A stretch of DNA of 60,469 nt, counting the filler. It is 4 parts of 4 records of this genome, joined end to end, with 100 filler letters (N's around TTAATTAATTAA, not from the genome) between each part and the next. Parts side by side here need not be neighbours in the genome. Positions count along the whole stretch, not along the records: positions 1 to 30,154 come from SRR20825019_275; 3 more parts are not named here. One strand, given 5' to 3'. This document shows positions 1-11,522 of this stretch, piece by piece. The notes under the pieces are model-generated. The model saw only the letters and a list, made by a program, of their open reading frames with translations. It was not told the DNA's origin and searched no databases. The stretch's first letter is position 1. Each line of letters opens with the position of its first letter. The position numbers and the translations under genes were made by a program.

Positions 1-37
1 AGCAGGGGCGCGCCTTCAGCCACTCGGCCAGCTCTCC
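1..37 (-). tRNA. tRNA-Ser(GCT), 5' half only (cut by window/contig start at the anticodon)
   Basis: Reverse complement GGAGAGCTGGCCGAGTGGCTGAAGGCGCGCCCCTGCT = acceptor 5' strand, D-arm and anticodon arm ending in GCT; classic position downstream of csrA. Confidence 0.92.
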
Positions 38-50
38 ATCAAAGCGGCAC

Positions 51-59
51 AGTATAACA
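51..59 (-). promoter_or_regulatory. Extended -10 sigma70 element for the tRNA-Ser gene
   Basis: TGTTATACT (TGn-TATACT) followed by GC-rich discriminator GTGCCGC just upstream of the tRNA, typical of stable-RNA promoters. Confidence 0.6.
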
Positions 60-92
60 GATGTAATTTATTTGGCTAGTGATATCGTGAAA

Positions 93-278
93 TTAACCGG
101 CATTCGGGTGATCTTTTTCCTGCTGGATACGATCGTAGATTTCTTCACGATGCACAGAGACGTCTTTAGGTGCGTCAACACCGATTCTGACTTGGTTGCC
201 TTTGACACCAAGCACATTAACAACAACATCATCACCGATGATGAGTGATTCGCCGACACGACGTGTGAGTATTAACAT
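93..278 (-). CDS. csrA: Carbon storage regulator CsrA/RsmA
   Basis: [17 protein letters not shown]...[22 protein letters not shown] signature. Confidence 0.98.
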   Translation of the reverse strand: MLILTRRVGESLIIGDDVVVNVLGVKGNQVRIGVDAPKDVSVHREEIYDRIQQEKDHPNAG

Positions 279-515
279 GATTTTTCCCCTTTACTCTCAA
301 AAGCAGGCCGAGGTTACCAGGAGAAAACTTGAATTCTTCCATGCAGTAAGGCCTCGTGCCTTGTCCTGTTCAATAGATATTTCCATGTTTCAGAGATCTT
401 AAGTGCCTCTTTCTTTGTGGACTGTGAAATAGTCGTAACTACTTCATAATCTGATGTCATTTTATCAGGAAGTTATGTTGTTCGCGAGATAATTGTAACA
501 GTTTTGTGACAAAAA

Positions 516-1742
516 TCAGGCAGCTGGGTCCTGCTCCAGGTTGAAAGCCTTGTGTAAAGCACGAACACCCAATTCCAGATATTTTTCATTAACCACCACG
601 GAAATTTTGATTTCAGAGGTGGATATCATTTCGATATTGATGTTTTCATCGGCAAGGGCGGTAAACATACTGCTGGCAATGCCTGCGTGCGAACGCATGC
701 CCACACCGACGACTGAAATTTTGGCGATATGATCGTCACCATTGACTTCACGAGCCCCCAACTTTTGGGCTGTCTGTTCCAGGATTTTCAGCGCGGACTT
801 GTAATCATTGCGATGCACGGTAAAAGTGAAGTCGGTAGTAGAGTCATAGCCGGTATTCTGGATGATCATATCGACTTCAATATTTTGTACTGCAACCGGC
901 CCCAGAATCTGAGAAGCGATGCCGGGGTGATCAGGCACGCCCAGAACAGTGATTTTTGCTTCATCACGGTTAAACGCGATACCTGAAATAAGAGCTTGTT
1001 CCATTGATGGGTCCTCTGCAGCGATCAGTGTGCCGCCACCTTCTGTAAAAGAAGAGAGCACACGAAGCGGAACATTATATTTACTGGCAAATTCGACTGA
1101 GCGAATCTGCAATACCTTGGCACCTAAACTGGCCATTTCCAGCATTTCTTCGAAGGTGATGTGATCGAGACGACGGGCTTCAGGCACAACACGTGGATCG
1201 GTCGTGTACACTCCATCGACATCAGTGTAGATCTGACACTCATCGGCTTTCAACGCCGCTGCCAGTGCCACAGCGGTTGTATCACTGCCGCCGCGTCCCA
1301 GTGTGGTGATATTGCCGTGTTCGTCACAGCCCTGGAAACCCGCAACAACAACGACTTTACCTTGTTTAAGATCGCCACGGATCTTGTCGTCATCAATCTC
1401 GGTAATACGCGCCTTATTGTGCGCGTTGTCGGTCAGAATACGAACCTGACTGCCGGTGTAGGAAACTGCCGGCATGCCCATTTGCTCCAAGGCCATGCTG
1501 AGCAGGGCAATAGTGACCTGTTCACCGGTGGACAACAACACATCCAATTCACGACCACGCGGTTCTTCATTCAGCTGTTTGGCCAAATCAATCAAGCGGT
1601 TCGTTTCACCGCTCATCGCTGACACGACGACAATCATATCGTGTCCCTGATTACGGTAATCGATAACTTTTTTGGCGACTTCTTTGATGCGCTCAACCGA
1701 GCCTACGGACGTCCCGCCGTATTTCTGTACGATAAGTGACAT
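516..1742 (-). CDS. lysC: Aspartate kinase
   Basis: VQKYGGTSVG, TTLGRGGSDTTA, DVDGVYTTDPR motifs, two C-terminal ACT domains; alaS-lysC-csrA order. Confidence 0.96.
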   Translation of the reverse strand: MSLIVQKYGGTSVGSVERIKEVAKKVIDYRNQGHDMIVVVSAMSGETNRLIDLAKQLNEEPRGRELDVLLSTGEQVTIALLSMALEQMGMPAVSYTGSQVRILTDNAHNKARITEIDDDKIRGDLKQGKVVVVAGFQGCDEHGNITTLGRGGSDTTAVALAAALKADECQIYTDVDGVYTTDPRVVPEARRLDHITFEEMLEMASLGAKVLQIRSVEFASKYNVPLRVLSSFTEGGGTLIAAEDPSMEQALISGIAFNRDEAKITVLGVPDHPGIASQILGPVAVQNIEVDMIIQNTGYDSTTDFTFTVHRNDYKSALKILEQTAQKLGAREVNGDDHIAKISVVGVGMRSHAGIASSMFTALADENINIEMISTSEIKISVVVNEKYLELGVRALHKAFNLEQDPAA

Positions 1743-1744
1743 GC

Positions 1745-4348
1745 TTAGTTTTCCAGCTTAGATCCGACCCAGTCGGAGACAGAGGCTAAAGCCGCTGCCA
1801 GGTTCTGAGGCTCATTACCGCCGCCCTGAGCCATATCGGGACGACCGCCACCTTTACCACCGACCTGACTGGCTACATGCCCGACCAGATCGCCGGCGCG
1901 GATTTTATCGGTAATGTCCTTGGTTACGCCAGCAATAATTGTAATTTTTTCATCCTTGACCGAAGTCAGCACTATCGCAGCGCTGCCCAGCTTGTTTTTA
2001 AGCTGATCGACTGCATCACGCAGCGCTTTACCATCGGCACCTTCCAGCGTCGAGGCGAGTACTTTAATGCCATTAATTTCCTGGGCATTATCAGCCAGAT
2101 CATCACCGGCACTGCTGGCCAGTTTGCCCTTCAGACTTTCCAGTTCTTTTTCCAGTTCACGGTTGCGCTGGACCAGGGCATTGGCTTTATCGCCGACATT
2201 ATCCGGCTTGGCTTTAAGCAGATCGGAAACCTGGTTGAGGGTATTAACCGTGTTGTCGATATAGTCCAGTGCCGCTTCGCCGGTGACGGCTTCAATTCGA
2301 CGTACCCCGGATGCAATACCGGCTTCGGAGGTAATTTTCAACAGGCCGATGTCGCCGGTATTTTTGACGTGGGTACCGCCGCATAGTTCAACTGAGAAAT
2401 CACTCATGCTGAGGACGCGCACTTTGTCTTCATACTTCTCACCGAACAGGGCGACAGCACCGCTTTTCTTGGCTTCTTCCAGTGCCATCAACTTGGTTTC
2501 AACCGGATGATTAAGTCGAACCTGCTGGTTCACCAGACGTTCGATTTCGTGAAGCTGCTTCGCTGTGAGTGGTTCGAAATGCGAGAAGTCAAAACGCAGA
2601 CGATGCGGGTCCACCAAAGAACCTTTCTGGGTTACATGATCACCCAGCACTTTGCGTAAAGCCGCATGCAGCAGGTGAGTCGCGGAGTGGTTCAGTGCGG
2701 TGGCCTGACGGTTGTTTTCGTCAATCTGGGCGGTGACTTTCTGACCCACCTGGAAACGGCCGTGTTCACAGCGGCCGATATGGGTAAAGGCTTTACCTTG
2801 CTTGCGGGTATCCGTGACGGTGAAGCTGGCCGTGTCGGTCACAATTTCACCATGATCACCAACCTGGCCACCAGACTCGGCATAAAAGGGGGTGTGATCC
2901 AAAACCAGCATGCCTTCCTGACCTTCGGCCAGGCTGTCGACATGTTCACCATTGACGATGATATCGGTAATGGTGCCGTCTTCCTGGTTATGCTCATAAC
3001 CGCAGAATTCAGTCTGGGTATCGATATTTACCTGGTCAGTCATGCCACCGCCGAACTGGCTGGCACTGCGTGCACGCGAGCGCTGTTCTTCCATCGCGCG
3101 TTCAAAACCCGCAATGTCGATAGTCAGCCCACGTTCGCGGGCGATATCGGCGGTCAGATCAATCGGGAAGCCATAGGTGTCGTAAAGCAGGAAAACAGTT
3201 TCCCCCGGAATTTCCTTATCGCCCATATCCTCAATGGCCTGGTCCAGAATACGCAGACCGTTATCAAGGGTGTCGGCGAAACGGGTTTCTTCCTGCTGCA
3301 GGGATTTTTCAACCAGTGACTGCGCTTCTGCCAGTTCCGGGAAGGCGTCACCCATTTCGTCAACCAGTGGCTGTACCAGTTTGTAGAAGAAAGCGTCCTT
3401 CAGGCCCAGCTTGTGACCGTGACGGATTGCACGCCGAATAATGCGGCGTAAGACATAACCACGACCTTCGTTGGACGGATGCACACCGTCAGCAATCATG
3501 AAGGAACAGGAGCGGATGTGATCGGCAATGACGCGTAGCGAGAAATTGCTGCTGTCTTCAGTACCGGACAAGTCCTGAATCGCTTTAATCAGATGTTGAA
3601 ACAGGTCGATGTCATAGTTGTTATGGACGTTTTGCAGCACAGCAGCCAGACGCTCAAGCCCCATGCCTGTGTCGACAGAGGGTTTCGGCAGTGGTGTCAG
3701 TGTGCCGTCGGCACTGCGGTTGTATTGCATGAAAACGAGATTCCAGATCTCGATATAGCGATCGCCATCTTCTTCCGGTGTGCCTGGCGGGCCCCCGGCG
3801 ACCTCCGCACCATGGTCATAGAAAATTTCAGAGCAGGGCCCACAGGGACCGGTATCGCCCATGGACCAGAAATTATCCTTGGCACCGATACGTGAAAAGC
3901 GCTCAGAAGAAATACCGATTTCCTTCAGCCAGATATCGGCGGCTTCATCGTCTTCTTCAAACACCGTCACCCAGAGCTTTTCAGCTGGCAGACCCAGTGT
4001 GTCTGTCAGAAATTCCCAGGCGTATTGAATGGCTTCACGCTTGAAATAATCACCGAAACTGAAGTTGCCCAGCATTTCAAAGAAGGTATGGTGGCGTGCG
4101 GTGTAACCGACATTTTCCAGGTCATTGTGTTTACCGCCGGCACGCACACAGCGCTGGGTTGTCACTGCCCGTGTGTAGGCGCGAGTTTCCTGCCCCAAGA
4201 AGGTTTCCTTGAACTGCACCATGCCTGCATTGGTAAACAGCAGGGTAGGGTCATTGGCAGGCACCAGCGGACTGCTGGAAACCACTTGGTGTCCCTTGCC
4301 GGCAAAGAAGTCGAGGAACAATTTGCGTATATCAGCGCTACTTTTCAT
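1745..4348 (-). CDS. alaS: Alanine--tRNA ligase
   Basis: [33 protein letters not shown], editing motifs HSATHLLH and [22 protein letters not shown]. Confidence 0.99.
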   Translation of the reverse strand: MKSSADIRKLFLDFFAGKGHQVVSSSPLVPANDPTLLFTNAGMVQFKETFLGQETRAYTRAVTTQRCVRAGGKHNDLENVGYTARHHTFFEMLGNFSFGDYFKREAIQYAWEFLTDTLGLPAEKLWVTVFEEDDEAADIWLKEIGISSERFSRIGAKDNFWSMGDTGPCGPCSEIFYDHGAEVAGGPPGTPEEDGDRYIEIWNLVFMQYNRSADGTLTPLPKPSVDTGMGLERLAAVLQNVHNNYDIDLFQHLIKAIQDLSGTEDSSNFSLRVIADHIRSCSFMIADGVHPSNEGRGYVLRRIIRRAIRHGHKLGLKDAFFYKLVQPLVDEMGDAFPELAEAQSLVEKSLQQEETRFADTLDNGLRILDQAIEDMGDKEIPGETVFLLYDTYGFPIDLTADIARERGLTIDIAGFERAMEEQRSRARSASQFGGGMTDQVNIDTQTEFCGYEHNQEDGTITDIIVNGEHVDSLAEGQEGMLVLDHTPFYAESGGQVGDHGEIVTDTASFTVTDTRKQGKAFTHIGRCEHGRFQVGQKVTAQIDENNRQATALNHSATHLLHAALRKVLGDHVTQKGSLVDPHRLRFDFSHFEPLTAKQLHEIERLVNQQVRLNHPVETKLMALEEAKKSGAVALFGEKYEDKVRVLSMSDFSVELCGGTHVKNTGDIGLLKITSEAGIASGVRRIEAVTGEAALDYIDNTVNTLNQVSDLLKAKPDNVGDKANALVQRNRELEKELESLKGKLASSAGDDLADNAQEINGIKVLASTLEGADGKALRDAVDQLKNKLGSAAIVLTSVKDEKITIIAGVTKDITDKIRAGDLVGHVASQVGGKGGGRPDMAQGGGNEPQNLAAALASVSDWVGSKLEN

Positions 4349-4787
4349 CGTCAGTTAGGTTAAAACTTTCCGTTATTTCATCATGAGTAAAACCGCGGTA
4401 CTGTAAAAACCGTTGCTGCTTGGCACGGTCTTTAAAGTCTTCAGGGTTATGCTCGCCAAAGCGTTTGCTTCTGACCTCGGCAGCCAGTGCAAACCAGTCA
4501 ATTTCTGCCTGTTGCAGACTGTCCGTGATTATGTCGGAAGCCACGCCACGTTCTTTTAATTCCATCCGAATACGGACACTGCCATAACCGCGATTAATGC
4601 GGGAATTGACATAGCTTTCAGCATAGCGCTGATCACTTTGCAGCCCGGCTCGCTGTAGCTTGGCCAGGCTGTCTTCTATTTCAAGTTCGTCGAAGCCGGA
4701 TTTTTCCAGCTTGCGGCTCAGTTCCAGTGCACTGTGTTCGCGGCGGGCCAGGTAGCTCACTGCCTGTTCACTGGCGGATTTTTTCAC
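4338..4787 (-). CDS. recX: Regulatory protein RecX
   Basis: [27 protein letters not shown] motifs; directly downstream of recA. Confidence 0.93.
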   Translation of the reverse strand: MKKSASEQAVSYLARREHSALELSRKLEKSGFDELEIEDSLAKLQRAGLQSDQRYAESYVNSRINRGYGSVRIRMELKERGVASDIITDSLQQAEIDWFALAAEVRSKRFGEHNPEDFKDRAKQQRFLQYRGFTHDEITESFNLTDDEK

Positions 4788-5824
4788 GCCTCCAGATCGT
4801 CCTCAACTGCATCGTTTTCAGCCGCTTTCACTTTTTTAGGCAGAAGCAGCTCACGCACCTTGGCTTCAATTTCAGCGGCCATCTCCGGGTTTTCTTTCAA
4901 AAAGGTACGGACATTGTCCTTGCCCTGGCCGATGCGGTTGCCGTTATAGCTGTACCAGGCACCTGATTTCTCGACAAGATTGGCCTGAACGCCCATATCA
5001 ATCAGTTCGCCTTCGCGGGAAATGCCCTGACCGTAAAGAATATCGAATTCGACCTGCTTAAACGGCGGTGCCACTTTGTTCTTAACGACCTTGACGCGAG
5101 TTTCGTTGCCCAGGATTTCATCCCCTTTCTTGATGGCGCCAATACGGCGGATATCAAGACGGACTGAAGAATAAAATTTCAGCGCATTACCGCCGGTGGT
5201 AGTTTCGGGGTTACCGAACATCACACCGATTTTCATCCGGATCTGGTTGATGAAGATAACCAGGGTGTTGGAGCGTTTGATGTTGGCGGTCAGTTTACGC
5301 AATGCCTGTGACATCAGTCGGGCTTGCAGGCCCATGTGGCTGTCACCCATATCGCCTTCGATTTCCGCCTTCGGGGTCAAGGCAGCGACCGAGTCAACGA
5401 CCACAATATCGACTGCACCGGAGCGAACCAGCATGTCGGTGATCTCCAGCGCTTGTTCACCGGTATCGGGCTGCGATACCAGCAGGTCATCAATATTAAC
5501 GCCCAGCTTTTCAGCGTAAGTCGGGTCCAGTGCATGCTCGGCATCAACGAATGCAGCTGTGCCGCCCAGTTTCTGCATTTCGGCAATGGCATGCAGCGTC
5601 AGCGTGGTTTTACCGGATGATTCAGGGCCGTAAATTTCGACAACACGCCCGCGCGGCAAACCGCCGATACCCAGTGCAATATCGAGACCCAGCGAACCGG
5701 TCGAGACAGAAGCGACATCGCGAGCAGCACCAGAGTCACCGAGACGCATAACGGCCCCTTTACCGAATTGCTTTTCAATCTGTCCCAGCGCTGCGCCCAG
5801 CGCTTTCTTTTTGTTGTCATCCAT
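4784..5824 (-). CDS. recA: Recombinase RecA
   Basis: GPESSGKTT Walker [30 protein letters not shown]. Confidence 0.99.
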   Translation of the reverse strand: MDDNKKKALGAALGQIEKQFGKGAVMRLGDSGAARDVASVSTGSLGLDIALGIGGLPRGRVVEIYGPESSGKTTLTLHAIAEMQKLGGTAAFVDAEHALDPTYAEKLGVNIDDLLVSQPDTGEQALEITDMLVRSGAVDIVVVDSVAALTPKAEIEGDMGDSHMGLQARLMSQALRKLTANIKRSNTLVIFINQIRMKIGVMFGNPETTTGGNALKFYSSVRLDIRRIGAIKKGDEILGNETRVKVVKNKVAPPFKQVEFDILYGQGISREGELIDMGVQANLVEKSGAWYSYNGNRIGQGKDNVRTFLKENPEMAAEIEAKVRELLLPKKVKAAENDAVEDDLEA

Positions 5825-5937
5825 ATTGCGCCACCCCTGAGTTAATTAACTAAAACCCATGGATTATCCCATAGATATCACTCAGGCTCTAGAGGCTGAG
5901 AGGGCTTTTAACAGCTGAGGAAGAATATGCCAAAAAT

Positions 5938-6441
5938 TCAATGATCTGTAATAATTTTCAACAGTCCTGACAGCGCTTCGAACACAGCTTGACGGCGTAT
6001 CGATTCCCGATCACCGCTGAATTGCTGACAGATACTGTGGACGCCGCCGTCACGGGTGCCCCAGCCGATCCAGACGGTACCTACCGGTTTCTTATCTGAA
6101 CCGCCGCCGGGGCCGGCAATGCCGGTAATGGCAATACTGAAATCAGCGCGTGAAAATTTGAGTGCCCCGAAAGCCATTTCTTCGACCACCGGCAGACTCA
6201 CTGCACCGTTCTTTTCCAGTGTGTCAGCATCTACACCCAACTGCTCCTGTTTGGCTTCGTTACTGTAGGTGACAAAGCCGCGGTCAAACCAGGCCGAGCT
6301 ACCGGCCAGATCAGTACAGCTTTTGGCCACCCAGCCGCCGGTGCAGGATTCGGCGGTGACCAGTCGTTTGCCTTGCTGAATTAACCTTTCAGCGACTTGC
6401 TCAACCTGTTCACAGAGGGAAGCGTCAGAAATTTTTTTCAT
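5938..6441 (-). CDS. pncC: CinA C-terminal domain / NMN deamidase PncC
   Basis: AESCTGG, GSSAWF, ITGIAGPGGG, KPVGTVW motifs; upstream of recA. Confidence 0.9.
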   Translation of the reverse strand: MKKISDASLCEQVEQVAERLIQQGKRLVTAESCTGGWVAKSCTDLAGSSAWFDRGFVTYSNEAKQEQLGVDADTLEKNGAVSLPVVEEMAFGALKFSRADFSIAITGIAGPGGGSDKKPVGTVWIGWGTRDGGVHSICQQFSGDRESIRRQAVFEALSGLLKIITDH

Positions 6442-6451
6442 GATATAAACT

Positions 6452-9022
6452 ATGCCGATGACTCACTCTCAAAATCATACACCGATGATGCAGCAGTATC
6501 TGCGCATCAAGGCAGAACACCCTGAATATCTGTTGTTTTATCGTATGGGCGACTTTTACGAGTTGTTCTTCGACGATGCGCATAAAGCCGCAGAACTGCT
6601 GGATATCACCCTGACTGCTCGTGGTAATAGCAACGGTGCCCCGATTCCGATGGCCGGTGTACCGTACCACGCTGCAGACAGTTATTTATCACGGCTAATC
6701 AAACTGGGTGAGTCCGTGGCCATTTGCGAGCAGGTCGGTGATCCGGCCAAGAGCAAAGGCCCGGTGGAAAGAAAAGTAGTGCGGGTTTTAACGCCGGGCA
6801 CACTGACTGAAGAAGCCCTGCTCGACAGTCGAAATGAAAATCTGCTGGTTGCCGTTAGCGAAGACAAAGGCCGTTTCGGTCTCGCTTCGGCTGAAATCAG
6901 CAGTGGCCGTTTTATTGTGACTGAAATTGAAACAGCCGCCGATTTACGGGCAGAACTGGCACGATTACAACCGGCCGAACTGTTGATCTGCGATACCGAT
7001 ATCGCTGCCTACCCGCAGTTTGAAAAACGTCTGCGGCCTCTACCTGACTGGCATTTTGAACAAAAAGCCTCACGCAGGCGGCTGTGCGAGCATTTCAACG
7101 TGTCCGACTTGAAAGGCTTTGGCTGCGATGATCTGAATCTGGCTGTCAGTGCTGCCGGTTGCCTGTTGAATTATGCCCAGCAAACGCATCGCACTGCCTT
7201 ACCGCATTTACGACAGATCACGGTGGAATATGCCAGAGATAGTATCCGCCTTGATCCGCAGTCACGGCGTAATCTGGAACTGGAACAGAATCTGTCGGGC
7301 GGGCGTGACAACACCCTGATTTCAGTGTTGGACAAAACCGCAACGCCGATGGGGGCCCGGTTGTTGAGACGCTGGCTGATGCGGCCAGTTCGCGATACTC
7401 GGATATTGAGACAACGCCAGGAAGGCATTCAACAGTTTATCGACCAGCAAAATGCGGCCAGTTGCCATGAACTGATGCGTCAACTTGGCGATATTGAGCG
7501 GATATTGTCCCGTGTTGCACTGCGCAGTGCCAGACCCCGGGATTTGATGCACTTGCGGCGGATGCTTGAGATGCTGCCGGAGATGCATGCCTTGCTAAAA
7601 CCGATGACCAGTCTTCATCTGCGTCATCTGGACCGTACTTTAGGTCTCTTCAGCGAGCTTAAGCAGTTACTGCAGACTGCGATTCTGGACGAGCCGCCGG
7701 TGTTAATCCGTGACGGCGGTGTGATCAGACCCGGTTATGACGATGAACTCGACCGGCTTCGTGACCTGCACCACAACGCCAGCGGCTTTCTCGATGAGGT
7801 GGAAAAGAAAGAACGTGAACGCACCGGTGTCAGCAGCCTCAAGGTCGGCTACAACCGGGTGCATGGTTACTATATTGAACTCAGCCGCGCCCATGATATC
7901 GAGGTGCCGACGGAATATGTGCGCCGGCAGACCCTGAAAAATGCAGAACGCTATATCACGCCTGAACTGAAAAGCTTTGAAGAGCAGGTTTTAAGCGCCA
8001 ATGAAAAAGCGCTGGCGCTGGAAAAATCCCTTTATGAGGCATTGTTTGACAAGTTGGCACCAGAGCTACCGGCACTGGAACAATCTGCTGCTGCACTGGC
8101 CGAGTTGGATGTGCTTGCCAACCTCGCGGAACGCGCCGAAACGCTGGACTATGTCGCCCCGACATTTACCGAGGAAACCGGTATAGAAATCGAGGCCGGC
8201 CGCCATCCGGTGGTAGAGGCCAGCCAATCAGCCCCGTTCTGTGCCAATGATCTGAAGCTGACTGACGGCCAGCCCATGCTGGTCATTACCGGTCCTAACA
8301 TGGGCGGCAAGTCGACCTATATGCGCCAGACGGCGCTGATTGTGCTGATGGCACATATGGGGTGTTTTGTGCCGGCAAGCCGGGCTGTGATTGGTCCGGT
8401 GGATCAGGTCTTTACCCGTATCGGTGCATCCGATGACCTGGCTTCCGGACGTTCTACTTTTATGGTGGAAATGAATGAAGCCGCTAATATTCTGAATAAC
8501 GCCACCAAACACAGTCTGGTGCTGATGGATGAGATTGGACGCGGCACAAGTACCTTTGATGGACTCGCTTTAGCCTGGTCCTGTGCTGAAAAGCTGATTC
8601 GTGATATCGGTGCTTACACGCTGTTTGCCACGCATTATTTTGAAATGACGCAATTACCAGACTTGTTCGAACAGGCACGTAATGTTCACCTTGATGCGAT
8701 TGAGCATGGCGACAAAATTGTCTTCCTGCATCAGCTTAAAGACGGTGCTGCCAATCAGAGCTATGGTCTGCAAGTGGCACAACTGGCAGGTGTCCCGGGT
8801 GATGTGATATCAGCTGCCAGGGTCAAGTTGCAGCAGTTGGAGCAGCATCGTTATCAGGGAGAAGAGAGCAGAAACCTGCCGCAGCCGGATTTGTTTGCCA
8901 GCAGCCAGGAAGAATCTGAATTAGAGAAACGCCTGCAGCAGATTGACCCAGATGATTTGAGTCCGAAACAGGCGTTGGAATTAATCTACGAACTCAGGAA
9001 GCTGTCTCAAACGGATCCCTGA
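6452..9022 (+). CDS. mutS: DNA mismatch repair protein MutS
   Basis: [44 protein letters not shown]; start could be 6458. Confidence 0.99.
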   Translation: MPMTHSQNHTPMMQQYLRIKAEHPEYLLFYRMGDFYELFFDDAHKAAELLDITLTARGNSNGAPIPMAGVPYHAADSYLSRLIKLGESVAICEQVGDPAKSKGPVERKVVRVLTPGTLTEEALLDSRNENLLVAVSEDKGRFGLASAEISSGRFIVTEIETAADLRAELARLQPAELLICDTDIAAYPQFEKRLRPLPDWHFEQKASRRRLCEHFNVSDLKGFGCDDLNLAVSAAGCLLNYAQQTHRTALPHLRQITVEYARDSIRLDPQSRRNLELEQNLSGGRDNTLISVLDKTATPMGARLLRRWLMRPVRDTRILRQRQEGIQQFIDQQNAASCHELMRQLGDIERILSRVALRSARPRDLMHLRRMLEMLPEMHALLKPMTSLHLRHLDRTLGLFSELKQLLQTAILDEPPVLIRDGGVIRPGYDDELDRLRDLHHNASGFLDEVEKKERERTGVSSLKVGYNRVHGYYIELSRAHDIEVPTEYVRRQTLKNAERYITPELKSFEEQVLSANEKALALEKSLYEALFDKLAPELPALEQSAAALAELDVLANLAERAETLDYVAPTFTEETGIEIEAGRHPVVEASQSAPFCANDLKLTDGQPMLVITGPNMGGKSTYMRQTALIVLMAHMGCFVPASRAVIGPVDQVFTRIGASDDLASGRSTFMVEMNEAANILNNATKHSLVLMDEIGRGTSTFDGLALAWSCAEKLIRDIGAYTLFATHYFEMTQLPDLFEQARNVHLDAIEHGDKIVFLHQLKDGAANQSYGLQVAQLAGVPGDVISAARVKLQQLEQHRYQGEESRNLPQPDLFASSQEESELEKRLQQIDPDDLSPKQALELIYELRKLSQTDP

Positions 9023-9033
9023 TCTCAATTATT

Positions 9034-9176
9034 ATCCGCAGATTACGCTGATTAACGCAGATTATTTATAAGCAATATGAGTATTTTGCGATGAGGTGTG
9101 ACGGTGAAGTTTCCCTAGATGCCAAGTTTTAACGATATTCCTCTTTAATCTGTGTCCATCTGCGTAATCTGCGGAT
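9034..9176. repeat. Imperfect 31-bp terminal inverted repeat pair (MITE/REP-like element) between convergent mutS and ycgL
   Basis: Left arm ATCCGCAGATTACGCTGATTAACGCAGATTA (9034-9064) vs reverse complement of right arm ATCCGCAGATTACGCAGATGGACACAGATTA (9146-9176): 27/31 match, 81-bp spacer. Confidence 0.8.
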
Positions 9177-9187
9177 TGAAACATTCC

Positions 9188-9469
9188 TTAATGCAAATGC
9201 TGCTTTTTGGCATTCATAAATTCGCCCAGTTTTTCGGGGCGGGGTGGCATCTGCACATGAAAGCCCTGGGTTTCCAGGTTTTGAATGACCGTCGCTACAT
9301 TCTCCCGCGCCAAAGGACGCTCCGGACTTAATTCCAGTTCCATCACAAAGATCGGCTCCTTACCCATGGAGTCATAAAGCGATTGTGGGATGTCGGAAAA
9401 ATCGTCTTTGTTGGCGATATAAAGGTACAGCTCGTCTTTTTTGGTGCTTTTATAGATGTAGGTTTTCAT
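9188..9469 (-). CDS. ycgL: YcgL domain protein
   Basis: IYKSTKKDELYLY, R-L-AREN, QGFHVQMPP pattern of the YcgL family. Confidence 0.85.
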   Translation of the reverse strand: MKTYIYKSTKKDELYLYIANKDDFSDIPQSLYDSMGKEPIFVMELELSPERPLARENVATVIQNLETQGFHVQMPPRPEKLGEFMNAKKQHLH

Positions 9470-9489
9470 TGTGTCGCTAATATCAGAAC

Positions 9490-9882
9490 TCAGGAAATCG
9501 GCGGATGGTAAATGATCTGCACTACCGTACCGGCCGGGTCGAAGCAGTAAAAGCTGCGGGCGCCATCACGGTGAGTGCGTGGTGCATTACGTATTTTCAC
9601 ATCTTTTGATTGCAGATACTCGAACCAACGGTCGACTTCATCCATGGTCGGGATGATAAAACCGATATGATCCAGTTTTTGCTGTTCCTGCGGGGCCGGA
9701 GTGACTTCCGCCCGGTGTAATGCCAGATTGTCGTTGCCCGAAGTCAGGTATACATTGTCTTCATCGGGGCGCCACTCGACCTTCATGCCCAGATACTCCA
9801 CGTAAAACTGTTCACAGGCAGCGAGATCGGTCACAAACAAGGCGACATGGCGCATACCACCGGTTTTGCCGGGACGTTCCAT
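9490..9882 (-). CDS. VOC/glyoxalase family protein
   Basis: MRHVALFV, LDHIGF, RSFYCFDPAG metal-binding VOC motifs; ATG at 9882 abuts the upstream stop. Confidence 0.85.
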   Translation of the reverse strand: MERPGKTGGMRHVALFVTDLAACEQFYVEYLGMKVEWRPDEDNVYLTSGNDNLALHRAEVTPAPQEQQKLDHIGFIIPTMDEVDRWFEYLQSKDVKIRNAPRTHRDGARSFYCFDPAGTVVQIIYHPPIS

Positions 9883-11522
9883 TATTTTTCTCCAAATACA
9901 TGCTGGCAACATTGCTGCCAGATTTCTAAACCGAATTGATGTTCAATGACGAGTGGCAGGGCAACTGAACCACATTGCAGTAGTTTGTCATGAAAGGCTT
10001 TCAGTTCCTCACCGTCAGCGGGCTGAACAATATCACGCAGCGCATTAATGAGCGCCCAGCCCACGGCATAGCTCATCGGCACGGTAGGCGCCTGGCTGTA
10101 CCAGTTACATTCACCGGTTGCCTGAGCTTTGCTGAATCCGAGTTTGTCGACCATTTCCTCGGCAGCCTGCTCCAGGCTCCACTCACCGGTATGGATGTTG
10201 ACGTCAATGATAATTCGCAGGGCCCGCCAGAGCCGGTCTCTGAGCATGACGATCTTCTGTCCCGGATAGCGGTCAAATCCCTGCTCCAGCATCATTTGCT
10301 CGCAGTACAAAGCCCAGCCTTCGTAGAGCGTGGCACAGGGGAACAGCCGACGTAAAAGGCTGGCTCCCTGCTCAGAGTGGTTGGCGGTGACGAATTGCAG
10401 ATGATGACCAGGCCAGGCCTCATGGACACTGGTCTGAGCAATGGCAGCAAAATTATGCTCCTTGAGTTCTTCATCGCGACTGACCGGTGTTACATAATAA
10501 AACGCACTCTGGCTGAGGTCGGCAATACTGGGGTCAAGATAGGCCGCAAAAGGGATCTGATGACGTAAAAAAGCCGGTGTGTCGACCACATTCAGATGTT
10601 GTCGACCGGGCAGGGTGACAAGTGCATGCTGTTTTAAAAAATCTCTGGCCGCCTGCATTTCCTGTTGGTAGCTTTCAAGCAACTGGCCGGAGCTGGGATG
10701 ATTTGCCCGAACCTGATCCAGCGTCAGGCCAGAGTCAGCCTCAGCTTTTTCCAATTCAGCACGGGTTTGTTCAAACAGTTTTTCGCCGAAACGTTTAAGA
10801 CGCGTGGCGCTGACCGGGAGGAAATGACGGTAATGCAACAGACGTTCAAAATGCTCACGGCCGCAAGCGAAATCCCCATATACGTGGCCAGCGAGTCGCG
10901 TCAGTGAGTGATGCAGATCTTCCATTGCCTTCCCGGTCTCCTGCAGTGCTGTATCAATGGCTTCGTGCTGCAACAGTGCTTTCTGCACGCGGGGATGAGC
11001 GGAAAGTTCATGACAAAATTGCACGCCGGCTTCACATTCCTGTGTCGCCATCTGCAACCAGACGGGAGGAATAATTTCCGGTCGGAGATTGAGATAAGTT
11101 TTGGCTTCCCTGATCCTGCCCGGAATCTTCTGCAGCCGCGACAGCAAGGCCCGGCTGAAGCTTTCCAGTGGTCTGATGGTCAGTTGATGCAGGGCATCAA
11201 TGGGCAGGAAACCGGTCGGGTCACGGTAGCGCCAATCGTGTTCCATCATCATATGATGTTCCAGCAGCGACCAGCCGTGTAAAACACGGAAATTCAGCAA
11301 CCGGTCAGGATCCAGCGCTGTGGCATCCACCTCATCCAGTGCGGCCAGACATTTTTCATTGAGTACCAGTTGAATGCCCTGGCTGGCATCATCGCAGGGT
11401 GTCAGTTCACCCGCATAGTCTTCAACACCGGCGTCCAGTGCTGTTTCCGGATTAAAGCGACACCAACTGGCGAGATAGCTTTCCTGTATACGGTCAAATG
11501 TCTGACTGTTATCAGTCGACAT
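9882..11522 (-). CDS. DUF885 family protein (metallopeptidase-like)
   Basis: HEAWPGHHLQ, EGWALYCE, RALRIIIDVNIH, SYAVG motifs typical of DUF885. Confidence 0.82.
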   Translation of the reverse strand: MSTDNSQTFDRIQESYLASWCRFNPETALDAGVEDYAGELTPCDDASQGIQLVLNEKCLAALDEVDATALDPDRLLNFRVLHGWSLLEHHMMMEHDWRYRDPTGFLPIDALHQLTIRPLESFSRALLSRLQKIPGRIREAKTYLNLRPEIIPPVWLQMATQECEAGVQFCHELSAHPRVQKALLQHEAIDTALQETGKAMEDLHHSLTRLAGHVYGDFACGREHFERLLHYRHFLPVSATRLKRFGEKLFEQTRAELEKAEADSGLTLDQVRANHPSSGQLLESYQQEMQAARDFLKQHALVTLPGRQHLNVVDTPAFLRHQIPFAAYLDPSIADLSQSAFYYVTPVSRDEELKEHNFAAIAQTSVHEAWPGHHLQFVTANHSEQGASLLRRLFPCATLYEGWALYCEQMMLEQGFDRYPGQKIVMLRDRLWRALRIIIDVNIHTGEWSLEQAAEEMVDKLGFSKAQATGECNWYSQAPTVPMSYAVGWALINALRDIVQPADGEELKAFHDKLLQCGSVALPLVIEHQFGLEIWQQCCQHVFGEK

